From Phoronis australis (lineage: Eukaryota; Animalia; Phoronida), in NCBI GenBank assembly GCA_002633005.1, contig NMRA01000516.1, positions 37,346 to 101,345 on the forward strand: a stretch of DNA of 64,000 nucleotides. Reading direction: 5' to 3'. Of the stretch, positions 44,601 through 55,079 are shown in pieces. How positions within the stretch are numbered: position 1 is the stretch's first letter; each line of letters begins with the position of its first letter. Both the position numbers and the translations under genes were made by a program. Under the pieces are notes generated by a model. The model was not told the origin of the DNA. It ran no database searches and was given only the letters and a program-made list of their open reading frames with translations.

Positions 44601-47600
44601 CCAGGAGCTGGCCGTGACGGTGACCGCACGGGCATGCTGGCGCGGTAACGCCCCCCACGGTACAGTCCTGTGGCACTTGTCTCTGCTTCTGACATGATGC
44701 CTGGGTCATCGACATCGGACTCATAGACTGGGCCAGGGGCTCGGCGTGCCACTGACTGCTGGGAAGGTGCACTACGTCTGTAAATGTCTGCAGATCCAGG
44801 CCTCTGTAACGCGGTCAGGAGTTGAGATTAGACCAATAGAAAAATCTTCCACATACTCAGTGGAGTACTTGTAAGTCATTAGGTGCTGTCATCAGAAAGC
44901 ATTAAAGGAGAATGCCACCCAAAAAACAACCTTTAGATCGAGTAGTTCTACTTGATAACGGTATGTTCGGTTGCGTTACCTGACACCTGACGGCAGACGG
45001 TAGTGTTGAAATTATCCAATGACGTAATTGGTTTCACACACAGTCTGTTCTGCAGTTCACAATACAGGTTAGCGGTGTCAGCTTATCGCTTGAATTCAAC
45101 GTTTAACACCAATAAATCATCAAACTTCGATGTAAAACCCTTAAAAATAAACCGAGTCCTTATAAAAACGTGTTGCTTTATTTCGCTGTTACGGATTTAC
45201 TGGTATTTGGACACACTGTAGCCTACAAAATTCGTCACTGAGGCCAATTTACCAAGATCCGTAGCAGGCGTTTGGGGACTATTTGGAGATAAATTCGAAG
45301 TATTCTTCCGTGAAATACAGACAGGAGAACCTAGATCTGTGTTCTAAACTCACAAAACACTTGTTATCCCGGCCAGTGGCTTGGAACCCGATCACTAGGC
45401 CAGGCGTCGCGGCCGGACTGACTCGTTATCCCGACCAGTTGCTCGGAACCCGATCAGGCCCGTTGGAAACTATATCTCCAGTCACGAAAAGACTATAATA
45501 GTGAGCCTAAGACATAATGAGCACATAATTATTTATGTGAATTAGCCACGAAACTGAAAATCTACTTACTTGTCGGAGGCCGCGAAGTCGGGTTCCCTTT
45601 CCACAGACCATTAGGGCAAAGGTTGTACAGTACCAACGATTTGAATAATGTATTTGTATTTCTAAATAAAGATTCCCATAACATGTGACCCGCATATAAA
45701 AACGAGTACTTGTTTCACAACAGCTTTCTTTCTGCCAGCAAACACTGAATTAGCATGCGCTCACACGGCCTCGGCGGTGCCTGGTCAATTACCTTTGTTG
45801 CTGGCATCAAAAGCCGGTAACTCAGTGGTATATTCATTGCTGGCTTCTCAAAACATTTGCACTCACAAGCACTCCAAGGCATTACAAATTGTAGCTAATG
45901 AGACAGATTTTGTTTCAGTTTCATATAAGCATTGGTTGGGATCATTTTAGGATGAGAATAATTCATTTTGAAACAGAATGCAGAATAATAAACGTCTACA
46001 TGGCCACTCGCCCTGCGCCAATCCCGACTTAGCCAAGAGCTCATCTGACGAAGAATTCACGCTGGGTCGGATCGTTAGGTTTCACAGGCTATCAGTTCGA
46101 ACTGGAATACACTGATCAAGAAATACTAGAGAGGCGCCGTGAACATGCACAGGCAACGGAACGTATGGATAGTTCTTTGGTAAGCCGGAATTCGTCAGAG
46201 AAATCACTGTCGACGAAATGCCGGCCACAGACACGGAGATGTTTCATGGCCTCATACTTGTTACAGCGTAGCTTTCATTCTTCACTACCGCAAGCCACTT
46301 CCTAAGCAGTTCGGGCTCTCGAGGAAGTCGAAAAAACGATATACCCGCTTTCTTCGCAGCTTCACAGTTCAGACAAGCAAGAATGATGCACCGCAATATA
46401 GGGGCATTCACTCAGCAGACGAACCACTGATGTGGCTGCGTTGTTTCTCACCTTCCTCACAGGTTAACACGACACCTCTCGGCAAGGTGAGGTCGACCGT
46501 ATAAGAGGCGATGAGGATGTAGACTGATTAAGACAGTAAAAAAGGCTAATTAAAATCGGGTGGCATTCTCCTTTAAGTTTTCTCAACTAAATACTTTGAA
46601 AACATAATTTGGTGGGGGAAGAGTAACCTGTAACTGAATGAATGTATATAGTTACATATATTTAAACAGCGCCACCTAATGTGATTAGAGTTCCCCCAAT
46701 ACAAAATATATGAAGATGAGAGCTGACGGATAGTCATTGAATCACATCTTAATGTGACTCAGTTGTAATCATCTTATTTTGGAAGTTTGAGCTGAAAACT
46801 AATTATGAACTATCAACAGCACAATAATGATTCAAATTTATGGTTTTAATCAAGCTTGGAACGCTGATTGTTTCATTAATATACAATTACAAACACTTAC
46901 ATAATGAAATTCTGAGTAAAAAAGAAATTTACTAGCATTGTTCAGTGACCAGTTATCATAACGGCAGAATTTCAATCTCACTTTTGTTATTATTGGAAGT
47001 GCATGTTAAGAAGCAGTAAGACAGGGATTACACATAGCACTGTATGTCTAAATTAGTTATCATACTCACAGTTGGAAGGGTAGCGGATCTATTGTCTTTG
47101 ACTGAAGTGCCCTGTTGTCGTGGATACTGTTGAGATAAAACGTGTGCCCGCGGCAATGACTGCGTGTTACTACCTCCATTTATTTTGGCAGCATGCTCAG
47201 GATACTTTTGAGCCAGATGCCCAAAGAAAGCATCTCGCTGTCGAACTAAGTTCTACAAAGAAATATCAAAATCAAATTTCAGTTTCACACCAAACACAAC
47301 TTCATCTACCACGGTGACCCTACTCAAGCATGACCTCATCTACCTCGGTGACCATACTCAAACACTTCTTAATCTACGACTGTACCTCGGTGTCCACAGT
47401 CAAGCAGATTACAACCCAGAACGCTTTAATTGGGAAATTCAAAAATCAAGGAATGATTGTTAAGTTGAGTATAGGTGTTTTTAAAACCAAAATTTTTGAG
47501 AAATCTGGGAGGGGCATTTACCCACATACAAAACAGTTTTCATTAATTAATTATTCATTAATTCTTTGCAAGAAGTACAAGAAAACTAGAATGCACACAT

Positions 47601-50600
47601 CTCCCTCAGCAACAAGTGGATACTTTCCTACACCAGTGTTCTTGGAGACAGGCTTTCAAACAGACACTGGCGGCTTAAGGGAAACCTCGACCACATAGAC
47701 AGTGGGACCTAAGCCGACAATGATTATTTAAAGGTGAAATTTTGGAAGTGGACGATAAGCCGAAGGACTTTACGCTTGACAATTACAGTAATATGCTAGT
47801 GTTAGGGCCCAACAGGGTGGATGGCAGCCATAGAATCAGGAATTAACTATTGACTTAGGTACCAAACAAATACCAATGTGGCAGTTGAAAATATATCCAT
47901 TTGAAAGTGCCAATATTATAAAAAAGAAGTGTTTTAATTTGTACTAGATATGTACTTTGTAAAATTTGTCAGCCCTGAAACTGTGTTAATTGAGAAGCAG
48001 TAAGACATTTAAGATAACGAAGCAACATATCAATAAACCATTTTTTAAATTTTTGTTGATTGTTGAAACAAATTTTCCCGAACTTCGAATTCTGGGGAAG
48101 TGGAACAACATGTTTGCGCAGCAATGATGGAACAACAAACAAACCTTATAAGTACAAACCTCGTCTGCTTTACTCATGATAGCTTGCTGGATCTGGGCGC
48201 CATCTACAGTATGTCGACGATTTCCCTTGGTCTGTTTACTTCGCTGGACTCCTTGATCAGCTGGGTCAGTGACGGTTAGTCCACCTTGCGAGGACACGTG
48301 AGGACCCGAGGTGGACACTGTAAACAAATTCAAATATTCAAAATTTGTTCAAACAGATGGTTGTTACCACAGCTCATTTTAAAATTGGTTAACAAAGATG
48401 TCTGTAAAGTATCAATGTAAAGGGTGGAATTTAAAAATAAATTCAAGTTTGTTGCAGAGTTTGTAAGACCTCATGCTGGTTCTCCACAGTAGAACTATAC
48501 TACGATTTTGCGCTTCTCTGTTAAGCATGGAAACATGCAAATGGTCTCTTGGTTGTGTCTTCAAACAACTTTTTTAATGTATAGAAAGTAAATATTTATG
48601 TTACTGGCGCATTCTTAACTTTCAAATTTAGTTTTCATAACAAATTTAGTGGTACAAGTTATTAGCAGGACAAGTTCCAACCTGAAAAAATTGTATCCTC
48701 ACCCAAAGTCAATGCCTGGTGCCGTTATAAACCAAGAGGTAAAGAAGCCTACAGGCACTACTTTTAAAAAGTCATCAGCAATAACCAGAGTACAATGTTG
48801 CCCTTTGAATTCTCTTGAACTCATCTATTAGAGATTCTTAGCCATAGGCAAAACCAAAGGTTTTCAAAACTCTGCAAGCAATTAATACTACCTCCATGCT
48901 AACTACTGCACACCCTACAACCTTTCACTGCCATGTGTGCGTTTCTGAGAGTTGTGCCTTTACTGGACTATACTAGGGATCACATTTATTGGCAGTTGGG
49001 AACTTCCCTCATTCTTGAACCAGTTAATTCTTAATTACATGGGAGATTATTATAGTTCAATGACATTGGCAGACAACAGGGCGACAGTTTTAATTAACCA
49101 AAATTTTTTATTGTTTCTTTTTTTTCGAATGAAAGTGTGATTGATTTTGCTTGCCAAATACCAAAAGATTGCAATGACTTCTAAACGGCCCATCAAAAAA
49201 TATTAACCTTTACTCAAATTCAAAATGATTTTAATTCTGGATCCGACTATCAGATATATATCAGAGCCCATGAATTTCAACCAAAATCCTTCATCAATGT
49301 TGACACGCCTCACGCATGATGTCCTAATTTCAGAATATCATGCAACAATATGAGTGCATCTTACCCTAAAAGCAATCCACCCACCAATCACAATTTTAGA
49401 ATGTTTAGGTGATAGCACTCTATACCAACCCAGACCTAATTTTAAAACTTGGAAGTGAAAGAGTTAAAGCAGCATCAAAACTGTGTTACCCATCAAACAA
49501 AAAGCTTTCATTCAGGCCACCTACCATTATAAAATTAGTTTCACACTATTCCTTATCCACATTTGAAGTGATTTTGAGGGCTTCGAAAGAACTGATAGTT
49601 GAGACCAGGCTTGTAAAGTCTGAGTCTCAAAATAAAGGAACAGCCAGACAAGACAAATTTTCTAGTGGTAAGTGGCTTAAATCAAAATTTGTTTTTGACA
49701 AACACAGGTTTAACACTGGTTTAGCATGCACTATTGGGTTTATCAGGTAGGTAGTCATGACCCGTCACACACACGGGGCAGTTTTCTGAAGGCAAGGTAG
49801 GATTAGACAAACCTCATGGCATGTCTACTGTAAGCTCATCTGCACACTTCCTGTTTGACTTATGGTTAGATACCATATATCATTTTTCACAGCTCTGAAC
49901 TTGTTGACAAACGATAAAATAAAGAATATGGGTTGATGCATAAGGAACGAAAGATGAGATGACAGTGTATAGTTCTTGAGACCACACTTGTCTATCTCAT
50001 AAAACCTTAAGTTGCTTCAATCTTTGACATAAGGCCATAGTTGCCAACATTCAAAACTGAACAAGTGAGACACCTGATCAAAGAAATACCGTAAGGGGGA
50101 AAAATGTCTGCTGGCACACCCAAAATTTCTACCGTAACACTCAAAATATGTACCGGAACTCAAAATGTCTGCCAGAACACCAAAAGCACGCAGACAACAT
50201 TTTTGTTCTTCTACAGTCGTGTCTGAGAAAAGGAACGGTGAAAGCACCAAAATATACATTAATTTTGTGGCTTGTGTCAAAAAGTGGGACCCTTTGATGG
50301 TGACGTGACCTAGTAAAAAGCTTCAATAAGTTAGACGGTATTGTCAAAATCGGGACAGTTGGCAAGTGTTTACGGCAAACAATCAAGAGTGACCGACACC
50401 AGACCTTTACCGTACGCTAATTTACCTATGAAATCTCACCAAGTTAGAACAAACTATGGCAGACAACTGAAAATTTATTGTTTTCATTCTTTACCTTAAA
50501 AACGTAGCAATAATTATTGTCTGAAATAGCACGTATTTAACATATTCAATCTATTAGGCACTGCCAGCTGTCTTGCTCAATGCACTACCTTAGAAAGGCG

Positions 50601-50831
50601 GAGATAATTGTCACATCATCAACAAATTTGTCAATTTAATCTTTGCCCAGGCAGTCACATGACCTCCTGAACATCTTGTTTCAGAGTGACTACCTTACCA
50701 GATGCTGATCAGCAAAATATGAGCCACGATAGACTATGTGCAAACAATTTGCATCTAAGGTTTTTACCTCCATGTCCCTGGCTGCGATACTTGCGCCATA
50801 TTTTCTCCGCTCGTTTCTGCAGTTTGTGCAT
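19354..50831 (-). CDS. SRCIN1/KIAA1217: AIP3/Bud6-domain coiled-coil protein, SRCIN1(p140Cap)/KIAA1217(sickle tail)/CG32809 family; 16-17 coding exons, about 1170 aa
   Basis: Family motifs RRHT, RDAFFGHLAQKYPEHA, MSEAE..RGGRYRASMPV, GLVFLVYRGQTRRALLPNE..IKALFVRSFPDKLT, RMARMEAQIANLTAWVQ, DLEASIEELRGDV, EKYLKEEPDRLE, RLASVQEHR. All GT-AG junctions are phase-compatible; total 3513 nt, a multiple of 3. Confidence 0.92.
20608..21080. repeat. ~29-bp minisatellite (ATTCCGATTATGATCAAAGGAAGATAC) abutting the last-exon acceptor
   Basis: About 16 degenerate tandem copies. Confidence 0.9.
21893..22790. mobile_element. Probable degenerate MITE with 15-bp subterminal repeats (CACTATTCCGAAGGT-like)
   Basis: Short repeats at 21900-21995 are mirrored in inverted orientation at 22750-22790. 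Confidence 0.45.
23660..24372. repeat. 28-bp minisatellite (GTGGAAATATACTGCCCATTACAACCAA), about 25 copies
   Basis: Direct tandem copies, more homogeneous toward 24372. Confidence 0.93.
24738..24914 (-). CDS. SRCIN1/KIAA1217: SRCIN1/KIAA1217-like exon (VAEEARERKKK...FDNSLE...VYQ); an alternative in-phase donor at 24789 is possible
   Basis: tttcag| acceptor, CAG|gtgagg donor; 177 nt, phase 0-0. Confidence 0.82.
25224..25368 (-). CDS. SRCIN1/KIAA1217: SRCIN1/KIAA1217-like exon (LASVQEHR...IQALVPDHEDRQLKIQ)
   Basis: gttgcag| acceptor, CAG|gtaata donor; ORF 25185..25415; Bud6-like PDHE.R motif. Confidence 0.9.
25520..25925. repeat. 37-bp minisatellite (GATACCTATGAATAACAGGTGATCTGTGCGTGTCTGT), about 11 copies
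   Basis: Direct tandem copies. Confidence 0.93.
26012..26095 (-). CDS. SRCIN1/KIAA1217: SRCIN1/KIAA1217-like exon (YLKEEPDRLEDALEKCKKLTGTLFTLK)
   Basis: ttgcag| acceptor, CG|gtatga donor; family FLKEEP motif. Confidence 0.92.
28334..28409 (-). CDS. SRCIN1/KIAA1217: SRCIN1/KIAA1217-like exon (QFPKVAQDLKVTLSAEVDVVVKQE)
   Basis: tttcag| acceptor, AA|gtatgt donor; phase 1-2 bridges the flanking exons. Confidence 0.88.
28495..29063. mobile_element. 569-bp PIF/Harbinger (Tourist-like) MITE
   Basis: ~40-bp TIRs GGGCTGTTCCAG(C/T)AAAATCTGT(G/A)TGGGAGGGGGGAAGGCA; TTA TSD at 28492-28494 and 29064-29066. Confidence 0.88.
29111..30845 (-). mobile_element. Helentron-type non-autonomous element (HINE/DINE-1-like), copy B, full length
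   Basis: On -: TTTTTATGCGCCCA subTIR with a nearby inverted copy GGACGCAT, (CGTC)-type microsatellite, ~145-bp tandem core repeats, 3' TGGGTGCAT subTIR, hairpin CAACGCTCCGCGCTG, CTCTTGTTT end; T-rich target. Confidence 0.78.
32863..32993 (-). CDS. SRCIN1/KIAA1217: SRCIN1/KIAA1217-like exon (DLEASIEELRGDVINRRCRV...LAELK)
   Basis: ctacag| acceptor, G|gtatgc donor; AIP3 core motif. Confidence 0.92.
33008..33113. repeat. 14-bp minisatellite (GGTGGTATAACTAY), 7-8 copies, next to a splice acceptor
   Basis: Direct tandem copies. Confidence 0.92.
33763..33881 (-). CDS. SRCIN1/KIAA1217: SRCIN1/KIAA1217-like exon (DMLQQVPGGNDHPVRSLRQ...DQL)
   Basis: tcaacag| acceptor, AG|gttaat donor; ORF 33603..33962. 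Confidence 0.88.
34847..35031 (-). CDS. SRCIN1/KIAA1217: SRCIN1/KIAA1217-like coiled-coil exon (GISDGS...ELKSEYRNLKRIHQ...KII)
   Basis: ttccttag| acceptor, |gtaggt donor; ORF 34736..35074. Confidence 0.9.
36639..38537. mobile_element. TIR element (about 0.8-kb family) interrupted by HINE copy C
   Basis: TIRs GATTGTTCTAAAACCC / GGGTTTTAGAACAATC; both halves align to the uninterrupted copy at 55258-56047. Confidence 0.78.
37043..38240 (-). mobile_element. HINE-like element, copy C (5'-truncated), nested in the TIR element
   Basis: AACAAGAG end plus perfect hairpin CAACGC-GGA-GCGTTG (37051-37065); colinear with 29111-30750. Confidence 0.78.
38729..38770 (-). CDS. SRCIN1/KIAA1217: 42-nt symmetric micro-exon (TEVVYSKSEPDHLQ)
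   Basis: tttgtag| acceptor, AAG|gtatgc donor; phase 1-1, open in frame. Confidence 0.65.
38941..39163. repeat. ~29-32-bp minisatellite (TCTAGTATAAAGAAAGACGTGATACTGTG)
   Basis: About 7 tandem copies. Confidence 0.9.
39474..39595 (-). CDS. SRCIN1/KIAA1217: SRCIN1/KIAA1217-like exon (NRMARMEAQIANLTAWVQS...)
   Basis: ttttag| acceptor, A|gtgagt donor; matches the family ERMxAMEKQIASLTGLVQS motif. Confidence 0.92.
40185..40527. mobile_element. ~340-bp MITE; related fragment at 43852-43960
   Basis: Inverted termini TCCACACTATGAGTTGCCCTAG / CTAGGGTAACTCATAGTGTAGA. Confidence 0.7.
40990..41190. repeat. 21-bp minisatellite (GTGGAAATACGAGTGCAAGAT), about 9 copies
   Basis: Direct tandem copies; source of five overlapping repetitive ORFs. 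Confidence 0.93.
41447..41589 (-). CDS. SRCIN1/KIAA1217: SRCIN1/KIAA1217-like exon (ANRAVSLP...RSGASTPDPET)
   Basis: tttcag| acceptor, AG|gtgggc donor; ORF 41392..41670. Confidence 0.88.
42199..42421 (-). CDS. SRCIN1/KIAA1217: SRCIN1/KIAA1217-like exon (QVHDRCVLHLYE...YFSEPEF...GSRK)
   Basis: ttaacag| acceptor, AAG|gtgggt donor; phase 2-0. Confidence 0.88.
42925..43522 (-). repeat. 76-77-bp tandem array, 8 copies, each made of the exon 3' end plus the GTAAGA splice donor
   Basis: Units start near 42925, 43001, 43078, 43155, 43231, 43307, 43384 and 43460; the last overlaps the coding exon 43471-43672. Confidence 0.95.
43471..43672 (-). CDS. SRCIN1/KIAA1217: SRCIN1/KIAA1217-like exon, N-terminal part of AIP3 domain (GLVFLVYRG...QLQDT)
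   Basis: ctgtag| acceptor, AG|gtaaga donor; ORF 43467..43694. Confidence 0.93.
44596..44803 (-). CDS. SRCIN1/KIAA1217: SRCIN1/KIAA1217-like exon (RPGSADIY...MSEAET...RASMPVRS)
   Basis: gttacag| acceptor, G|gtaggt donor; ORF 44507..44752. Confidence 0.9.
44906..46572. mobile_element. 1667-bp Kolobok-like non-autonomous DNA transposon
   Basis: Perfect 15-bp TIR AGGAGAATGCCACCC; TTAA TSD at 44902-44905 and 46573-46576; RR termini; internal THAP remnant. Confidence 0.85.
46262..46407 (-). pseudogene. THAP zinc-finger remnant inside the Kolobok-like element
   Basis: MPLYCGA../..AAKKAGISFFRLPREPELLRKWLAVVKNE, disrupted near the second Cys; matches the THAP M-x-C..C..FFRFP..W pattern. Confidence 0.7.
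47070..47252 (-). CDS. SRCIN1/KIAA1217: SRCIN1/KIAA1217-like exon (NLVRQRDAFFGHLAQKYPEHA...TLPT)
   Basis: ctttgtag| acceptor, |gtgagt donor; 183 nt, phase 0-0; matches the family HLKQKYPHHA motif. Confidence 0.9.
48160..48317 (-). CDS. SRCIN1/KIAA1217: SRCIN1/KIAA1217-like exon (VSTSGP...NRRHTVDG...KADE)
   Basis: tttacag| acceptor, GAG|gtttgt donor; ORF 47986..48333. Confidence 0.85.
50768..50831 (-). CDS. Candidate first coding exon MHKLQKRAEKIWRKYRSQGHG of the SRCIN1/KIAA1217-like gene
   Basis: ATG at 50831-50829; G|gtaaaa donor in phase 1 matches the phase-1 acceptor at 48317. No homology support. Confidence 0.5.
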
Positions 50832-53036
50832 TCTCAATCACTATTTCAAACCTATTGGCAATAGTTGCTAACCGATAGTCACATTTCATCAACCACAAGT
50901 ATATTAAACTTCATCTTTTCCTAAAAATTTGCCTGTAATCGTTGAACCAACACCACACGAGATTACTCCTGTCGAATAGCTTCAAATACGTGGAGCTGAT
51001 AAAGCAATGACTAAAACTTTTCTTTCCCAGTTTGTCAGCTCAACAATGCTACATGTATTAGTGGAGTGAGCAGATACCACCAACCAAATACTCCACAAAA
51101 GGGCCAGCAGTTCAAAGCAGTAATCCAATAATCCCCAGTTGCAGGTAAATCCAAGCACACTTTACTTATTAATCAAATTTCCTCCAAATCAATCTCTAAC
51201 AATCTACAAACTCCTTGACTTGGACCTGGTAAGTGCTGTATTCCTCCTGATTGGGAGCTACTGTGTCCACGCAACTCTGGTCAGGTAACACCTCAGTCTT
51301 TATTCACACAGCCATGTGGAAACCTTTGTAGGTATTGGACAACCAGCCCACCAATTTTATAACAAAACACTCTGTGTTGCTTTAAAAGCTAACATTGAAT
51401 AGCACCTCCAGGCACCTTACAGGCAAGCAATGTCAGTGAATGAAAAGTGGCCATCACCAAAAGCCCCGTTTTTCTTTAGGACAAGTCAAAGCTAAGTTGC
51501 CCTTATTGAACTTCACTGGTGACTCCTTTGTGCAGAGTAGGTTTCACACCTCCCAGTTGGATGGTCAGCGCCAACTGCTTACCTGTGTATACAAAACACA
51601 CACAGGTAACTGTCTCCAGTACATGAGAATGAGTCACCGTCAACAGTGGAGACTTGAGACAAGCTGTGTGTGCACCTACTAGATTGTGCCCAGTGACGTT
51701 TATCGGTTATCAACTTGGCAAGTGGAGATAGAACTAGGCAAACAATATGTGCATGACATTAATCCTACCAGCACACCCACCACAAATGTTTACATGTGTG
51801 TATGTCTGGTACTACCGCAGCCTGCCAAGACAACATGATCTCCCTAAATATTACCACTTCAATAAAACTCCATGTCATAAATCTCTGCCTAAGGGTGTTA
51901 AACTCTAATCTACTTAAAGTTCATTTAACATGATTTGCATACGAATAGGGATTCGATATTGTTGTAAATCATCCTTTGCATAACCATAAGTCTATAGTGA
52001 TTTGGCGCCAATATCAACCGGAAATTTAATTTAAGAAAAAATAAAACTATGGAGCATAAAAAATTCATAATTTTCATTTTCTGGATATCCATGCATCTGA
52101 AGTCAAAATACTCAGCACAAAGAAAACTGAAAAGGAATTATAAATTACAACTGCAAAAAGTCGACTCATTACAGAACGCTTTATTAAAAATGGTATGTTT
52201 TTTTGTTGTGCACAATATGCTGGCGCCCAAGGAGACATTATAGGTATATGACTTCTCTGACTGCCACCAAAATCTCATGGTTCAAAAGACAAACCCACGT
52301 AAGGCAGCAGCTATTTGCAAGTCAGTAAGTTTATATTGACCTCTGCATTAAGTCCTAACAGTGACAAAGGCAAATTTTCAAGGAAGAATATGAAGTTGCC
52401 TATATCAAAAATGTCCTGGGTGAAGCTACCTAATTCACAACTGTATTAGAATACACTTGCACACTGCACAAGGTCTCAAAAGTAAAAAGATAGTCCAGGG
52501 AACCCCAGCCAATAATTTGTGTTTAGATAGACTAGCAGGACAAAGAGGTTGATAATTGCTGTTGACTTTGAATGAATTGCTAATACACAGCCACTGGCAG
52601 TGTCTGGCTAATAAAGGTTAGTTAGACATCAATATAGGTCATGTGATAAGACTACCTGTGCTACTGACCTTTGTTCTATTTTGCTGTCAGTATCTGCCTT
52701 TGGACATTAGAGGACCCAATGCTGATTTCTCCAGGGCCTGTAGCTCTAAAATACTTCAAACCACTAATATGGAAAAGTTGTCAGAGCTTGAAACAAATCC
52801 TCAGTGATCCCATACAATAGTGGCTGAATGCATGAAAGAATACTGAAAGCCCTGTGCAGTGCCAACCTTGAAAATCACTGTTTCAGTTCATATTGTTGAT
52901 GGAACAAATTACTTTGCTTTATTTAATGCAGCTTGACCTATCACTCCTAGTTACACTGAGCGAAATTATTCCAACCGCAAGATTACCGTAGCTATCCCTA
53001 ACTTGATGTAAGATTCACTGTCACTAACTTGATGTA

Positions 53037-54546
53037 TCGTACTCATCCGGGTTACTGCCCAGGATGCTTGACTTGGGAATCTAAAGAAACGGAGTGGGTG
53101 GTAAGCCGAGCATGGGTGGTTAAAATAAAAATTTTTGAAAAGTCAGGAATGGGTGCTTATTGCACAGTGAACCGATGTCACCCTCACTGCAGAGCTACAT
53201 TGACATCGCACTTCAAGCATATCAGTTAAAATATAAGTCAGCCGATTGAAGTAACAGACTTGACGGCCTGAAGCGGAATAGCGCACCCAATACAGTAGCG
53301 CCGTGACCCCAAGCGTGATTGGGTTTTTATGTATCTCAGTTGCTGCTCGTCATCTCTTAGAACTAAGGTATTCCTGCAGGTAGGCGTGCATTCAGTAAGG
53401 CAAGTTTCTTGGGAGAAAAGAAAGATGACCCATGACTCTGCTAGTTCACCATATATTTTTAAGGGTAATCATGTGATTTTGTCAAGATTTGCTCCCTGCG
53501 ATTCACTTAAAATGGCCCAGAATTTGATACTTGTACAAAGCACATACTCAACAGTCAGACGATACTACTATTAGGCAATAGGGGTGCTTGGTCGGCTGCG
53601 AAAAAAAATGAAGCAAACACACATCAGGTAAAAAGTCATCAGGCAAATCAAGAGTTCAAAAAAATTTTTTTTACCATAATTTTCGGCTTGCGCTTAATGA
53701 CAAGTGGATTTCTTGCACTGTTGCCTTTGGTTGGGCGCGTTAACTTTAGTGTCAGGAGTAAGTCATTAAAAACATGCGTTTAACCAAGTCAGGGAAAAGC
53801 GAGACATTCGTTACTTGTCAAGATTTCTCGTGTCAGCATATATTCAAAACAAAGCAACAATTTCACCTTTTACTCTGCCGTATGTACATCACTATAGACG
53901 TGACTGGGTGCCATTTGTCAGTGAATTGTTGAAGTGAGACATTGAGCCTGACAACGAACATGATTCATATGCGGTTTCTATTCAAAATAATGTTGATGGA
54001 GTTCCCAACATTGTTGGTCATGTACCAACAGAGTGTGATCTTGTCTTTTATTTCATTGCTCAGGAAGGTGACATTTCGTGTACTGTCATGGGAAATCGCA
54101 GAAAGGCAGGCCACGGACGGACTTAAAATTCCTGTCAAGTACCGCTTTGCTGGGTCTTCCATGGCAATGAAATACATTTGACAAGCACTGTCTCAGTGAT
54201 CACTACATGCTGACACAAGTTCCGCACGTGAGCCAAAGCAAACAATTGTGTCTCCTTCAGTAAAGAGCATGAGAATACAGGTACTTTACCGCCATAGTAA
54301 GGCAAAATCCCGGTTCTGCTAAAACTGACTGATAGTCACTGAAAGGTAAGCGAGTTGCGTACGTTTTGGAATTTTAGTTTTGCGAGACCAACATTCACAA
54401 AAGCACAGACACCTTTAAGAAAGTCTCAATCATGAAAAATTGGAATTGGGCAATAAGACTAGAATGGGCGCTTAAAATGAAAATTTTTTGAAAATTTCGG
54501 GAGGGGACGGTAAGGCAAGTATGGACGGTAACCCGGACAAGTACAG
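53037..54546. mobile_element. 1.5-kb Tc1/mariner (pogo-like) non-autonomous element inserted at a TA within a 26-bp satellite
   Basis: TIRs TCGTACTCATCCGGGTTACTGCCCA / TGGACGGTAACCCGGACAAGTACAG; TA on the left; the satellite resumes on both sides. Confidence 0.7.
53862..54180 (+). pseudogene. HIRAN-like domain pseudogene carried by the transposon
   Basis: FTFYSAV/HHYRRDWVPFVSELLK*DIEPDNEHDSYAVSIQ..IVGHVP..YFIAQEGDISCTVMGNRR/GLKIPVKYRFAG; two frameshifts and one stop. Confidence 0.72.
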
Positions 54547-54548
54547 CG

Positions 54549-54870
54549 AGATTCACTGTAACTAACCTGACGTAAAATTCACTGTAACTAACCTGACGTA
54601 AGATTCACTGTAACTAACCTGACGTAAGATTCACTGTAACTAACCTGACGTAAGATTCACTGTAACTAACCTGACGTAAGATTCACTGTAACTAACCTGA
54701 CGTAAGATTCACTGTAACTAACATGATGTAAGATTCACTGTAACTAACATGACGTAAGATTCACTGTAACTAACTTGATGTAAGATTCACTGTAACTAAC
54801 CTGATGTAAGATTCACAGTAACTTAAACCTGATTAAGATTACTGTAACTAATTTGATGTAAGATATACTG
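54549..54870. repeat. 26-bp minisatellite (AGATTCACTGTAACTAACCTGACGTA), about 12 copies, plus 2 copies at 52980-53036
   Basis: Direct tandem copies. Confidence 0.93.
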
Positions 54871-55079
54871 TCCTTAACTCGATCATTCCATGTTGAAATT
54901 TGCAATTTCAGCTTGACCTAATTAAGATCTGTGTGGAATTCAAGAATCAAATTTAATCAGAATTTGTTCTCAGACGAAGGCTTCCAACACATTGACCTTT
55001 TTCAAAACAGTATAAAATCGGGAGTAAATGCATCGCACTTATAACTGTTTGCACTTATAACTGTTTGCGAGTGCGGTGT

